Shown here: positions 61,401-64,000 of the stretch, piece after piece | Position numbering within the stretch: position 1 is the first letter of the stretch | Layout of the letters: the number at the start of each line of letters is the position of its first letter | Assembly (NCBI GenBank): GCA_964016885.1 | Contig: OZ024743.1 | Span: 76,384,001 to 76,448,000, forward strand | Direction: 5' to 3' | From: Eledone cirrhosa | Taxonomy: Eukaryota | Length of the DNA stretch: 64,000 bases | Translations under genes and position numbers: made by a program | The notes under the pieces: generated by a model | Seen by the model: only the letters and a program-made list of their open reading frames with translations | Database searches by the model: none | What the model was told of the DNA's origin: nothing

Positions 61401-64000
61401 TTTTATAACATATTGAGACTCCTGCCTACCCTATATATTTTATCACATATTGAAACCGCCCTACCTACGCTATATATTTTATTACATAATGAGACATGTA
61501 CCTACGCTATATATTTTATTACATATTGAGACCTCAACCTACCCTATATATTTTATTACATAATTAGATCCCTACCTACCCTATATATTTTATCACATAT
61601 TGAAACTGCCCTACCTACCCTATATATTATATTACATTTTGAGACCTCAACCTACAATATATATTTTATTACATATTGAGACCTCAGCCTACCCTATATA
61701 TTTTATTACATATTGAGACTTCAACCTACCCTATATATTTTATTACATATTGAGACCTCAACCTAACCTATATATTTTATTACATGTTGAGACCCCTACA
61801 TACCATATATTTTATTACATATTGATACCTCAACCTATTCTATAAAATTTATTACATATTGAGACCAACTACCTACCATATATATTCTATAACATATTGA
61901 AATCCCCCTATCTACTCTATACATTTTATTACATATTGAGACATGCACCTACCCTATATATTTTATTACATATTTAGACCCCAACCCATTCTATATATTT
62001 TAATACATATTGAGAGCCCAACACAATCTATATATATTATTCCATATTGAGACCTCAACCTACCCTATATATTTTATTACATATTGAGACCCCTACCTAC
62101 CCTATATATTTTATTACATGTTGAGACCTCAACCTACCCTATATATTATATTACATATTGAGACCCCTACCTACCCTATATATTTTATTACATGTTGAGA
62201 CCCCTGCCTACCCTATATATTTTATAACATATTGAGACCCCAACCTACACTATATATTTTATTACATATTGAGACCTCAACCTACCCTATATATTTTATT
62301 ACATATTGAGACTACTACCCTACCTACCCTATATATTTTATAACATATAGAGACTCCCTACCTAACCTATATATTTTATTACATATTGAGACCCCAACCT
62401 ACCCTATATATTTTATTACATATTGAGACCCCAACCTACCCTATATATTTTATTACATATTGAGACCCCAACCTACCCTATATATTTTATTACATATTCA
62501 GTCCCCAACATACACTATATATTTTATTACATATTGAGACCCAACCTACCCTATATATTTTATTACAAATTGAGACCTCAAACTACCCCATATATTTTAT
62601 AACATATTGAGACTCCTGCCTACCCCGTATATTTTATTACATATTGAGACGCCTACATAACCTATATATTTTATAACATATTGAGACCCCCCTACCTACA
62701 CTATATATTTTATTACATATTCAGACCTCAAACTACCCTATATATTTTATTACATATTGAGACCTCAGCCTACCCCATATATTTTATTACATATTGAGAC
62801 CTCAACCTACCCTATATATTTTATTACAAATTGAGACCTCAAACTACCCTATATATTTTATAACATATTGAGACTCCTGCCTAGCCTATATATTTTATTA
62901 CATATTGAGACCTCAGCCTACCCCATATATTTTATTACATATTGAGACCTCAACCTACAATATATATTTTATTACATATTGAGACCTCAGCCTACCCTAT
63001 ATATTTTATTACATATTGAGACCTCAACCTACCCTATATATTTTATTACATATTGAGACCTCAACCTGCCCTATATATTTTATTATATATTGAGACATCA
63101 ACCTACCCTATATATTTTATTACATATTGAGACCTCAGCCTACCCTATATATTTTATTACATATTGAGACCTCAACCTACCCTATATATTTTATTACATA
63201 TTGATACCTCAACCTATCCTATAAAATTTATTACTTATTGAGAACAACTACCTACCATATATATTCTATAACATATTGAAACCCCCTATCTACTCTATAC
63301 ATTTTATTACATATTGAGACATGCACCTACCCTATATATTTTATTACATATTTTGACCCCAACCTACCCTATATATTTTATAACATATCGAGTCCCCCTA
63401 CCTACCCTATATATTTTATTACATATTGAGACCTCAACCTACCATATATATTTTATTACATATTGAGACGTCAACCCACACCATATATTTTATTACATAT
63501 TGAGTCCCCAAGATACCCTATATATTTTATTACATATTGAGACACCAACCGACCCTATATATTTTATTACATATTGAGTCCTCAACATACACTATATATT
63601 TTATTACATATTGAGACCCCAACCTACCCTATATATTTTATTACATATTGAGACCCCAACCTACCCTATATATTTAATTACATATTGAGACGTCAACCTA
63701 CCCTATATATTTTATTACATATTGAGACACCATCCCATTCTATATATTTTATTACATATTTAGACCTCAACCTACCCTATATATTTTATTACATATTGAG
63801 AGCCCAACCCATTCTATATATTGTATTACATATTGAGACCCAACCCATTCTACTTATTTTATTACATATTGAGACCCCTACCTACTCTATATATTGTATT
63901 ACATATTGAGACTTCAACCTCCCCTATATATTTTATTACATATTGAGACCTCAACGTAACCTATGTATTTTATTACATATTGAGACCCAAGTCAACCCTA
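34500..64000. repeat. 37-bp satellite DNA array (>=29.5 kb, roughly 800 monomers, continues past the window end)
   Basis: Consensus ATATTGAGACCTCAACCTACCCTATATATTTTATTAC, head-to-tail and single orientation; no TE insertion seen. Confidence 0.99.

Noticed and set aside
34500-64000. CRISPR-like appearance (constant 25-mer + variable part) and repeated 62-100 aa ORFs
   Set aside because: The variable parts are 12-nt mutated versions of one sequence rather than unique spacers; there are no cas genes and the context is eukaryotic. The ORFs come from frame rotation of a 37-bp unit.

Overview
Eukaryotic, repeat-dominated DNA with no host protein-coding gene I can support. The SINE types and the extreme (TA)n/(CA)n/(TACA)n content suggest an invertebrate, probably an octopod cephalopod (inference). 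Almost all ORFs in the track are microsatellite or satellite artefacts. Bases 1-34.5 kb are a microsatellite-rich retroelement graveyard. They hold a 5'-truncated Penelope-like element (RT + GIY-YIG), fragments of R4/Dong, CRE, RTE, CR1 and I/Nimb-like LINEs, two tRNA-SINE families, non-autonomous Helitrons and several minisatellites. Bases 34.5-64 kb are one 37-bp satellite array with higher-order duplications. The most interesting signal is a dense population of small non-coding elements, mostly inserted in (TA)n tracts. About ten loci from about nine sequence families carry minimal type I hammerhead ribozyme motifs (CUGANGA...GAAA-short, mostly palindromic stem III-UH). Many share one fold-back (inverted arm + tail) architecture. 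One is demonstrably the 3' end of the Penelope element, and one has a greater-than-unit-length, retrozyme-like direct-repeat structure. All alignments and folds were done by eye.
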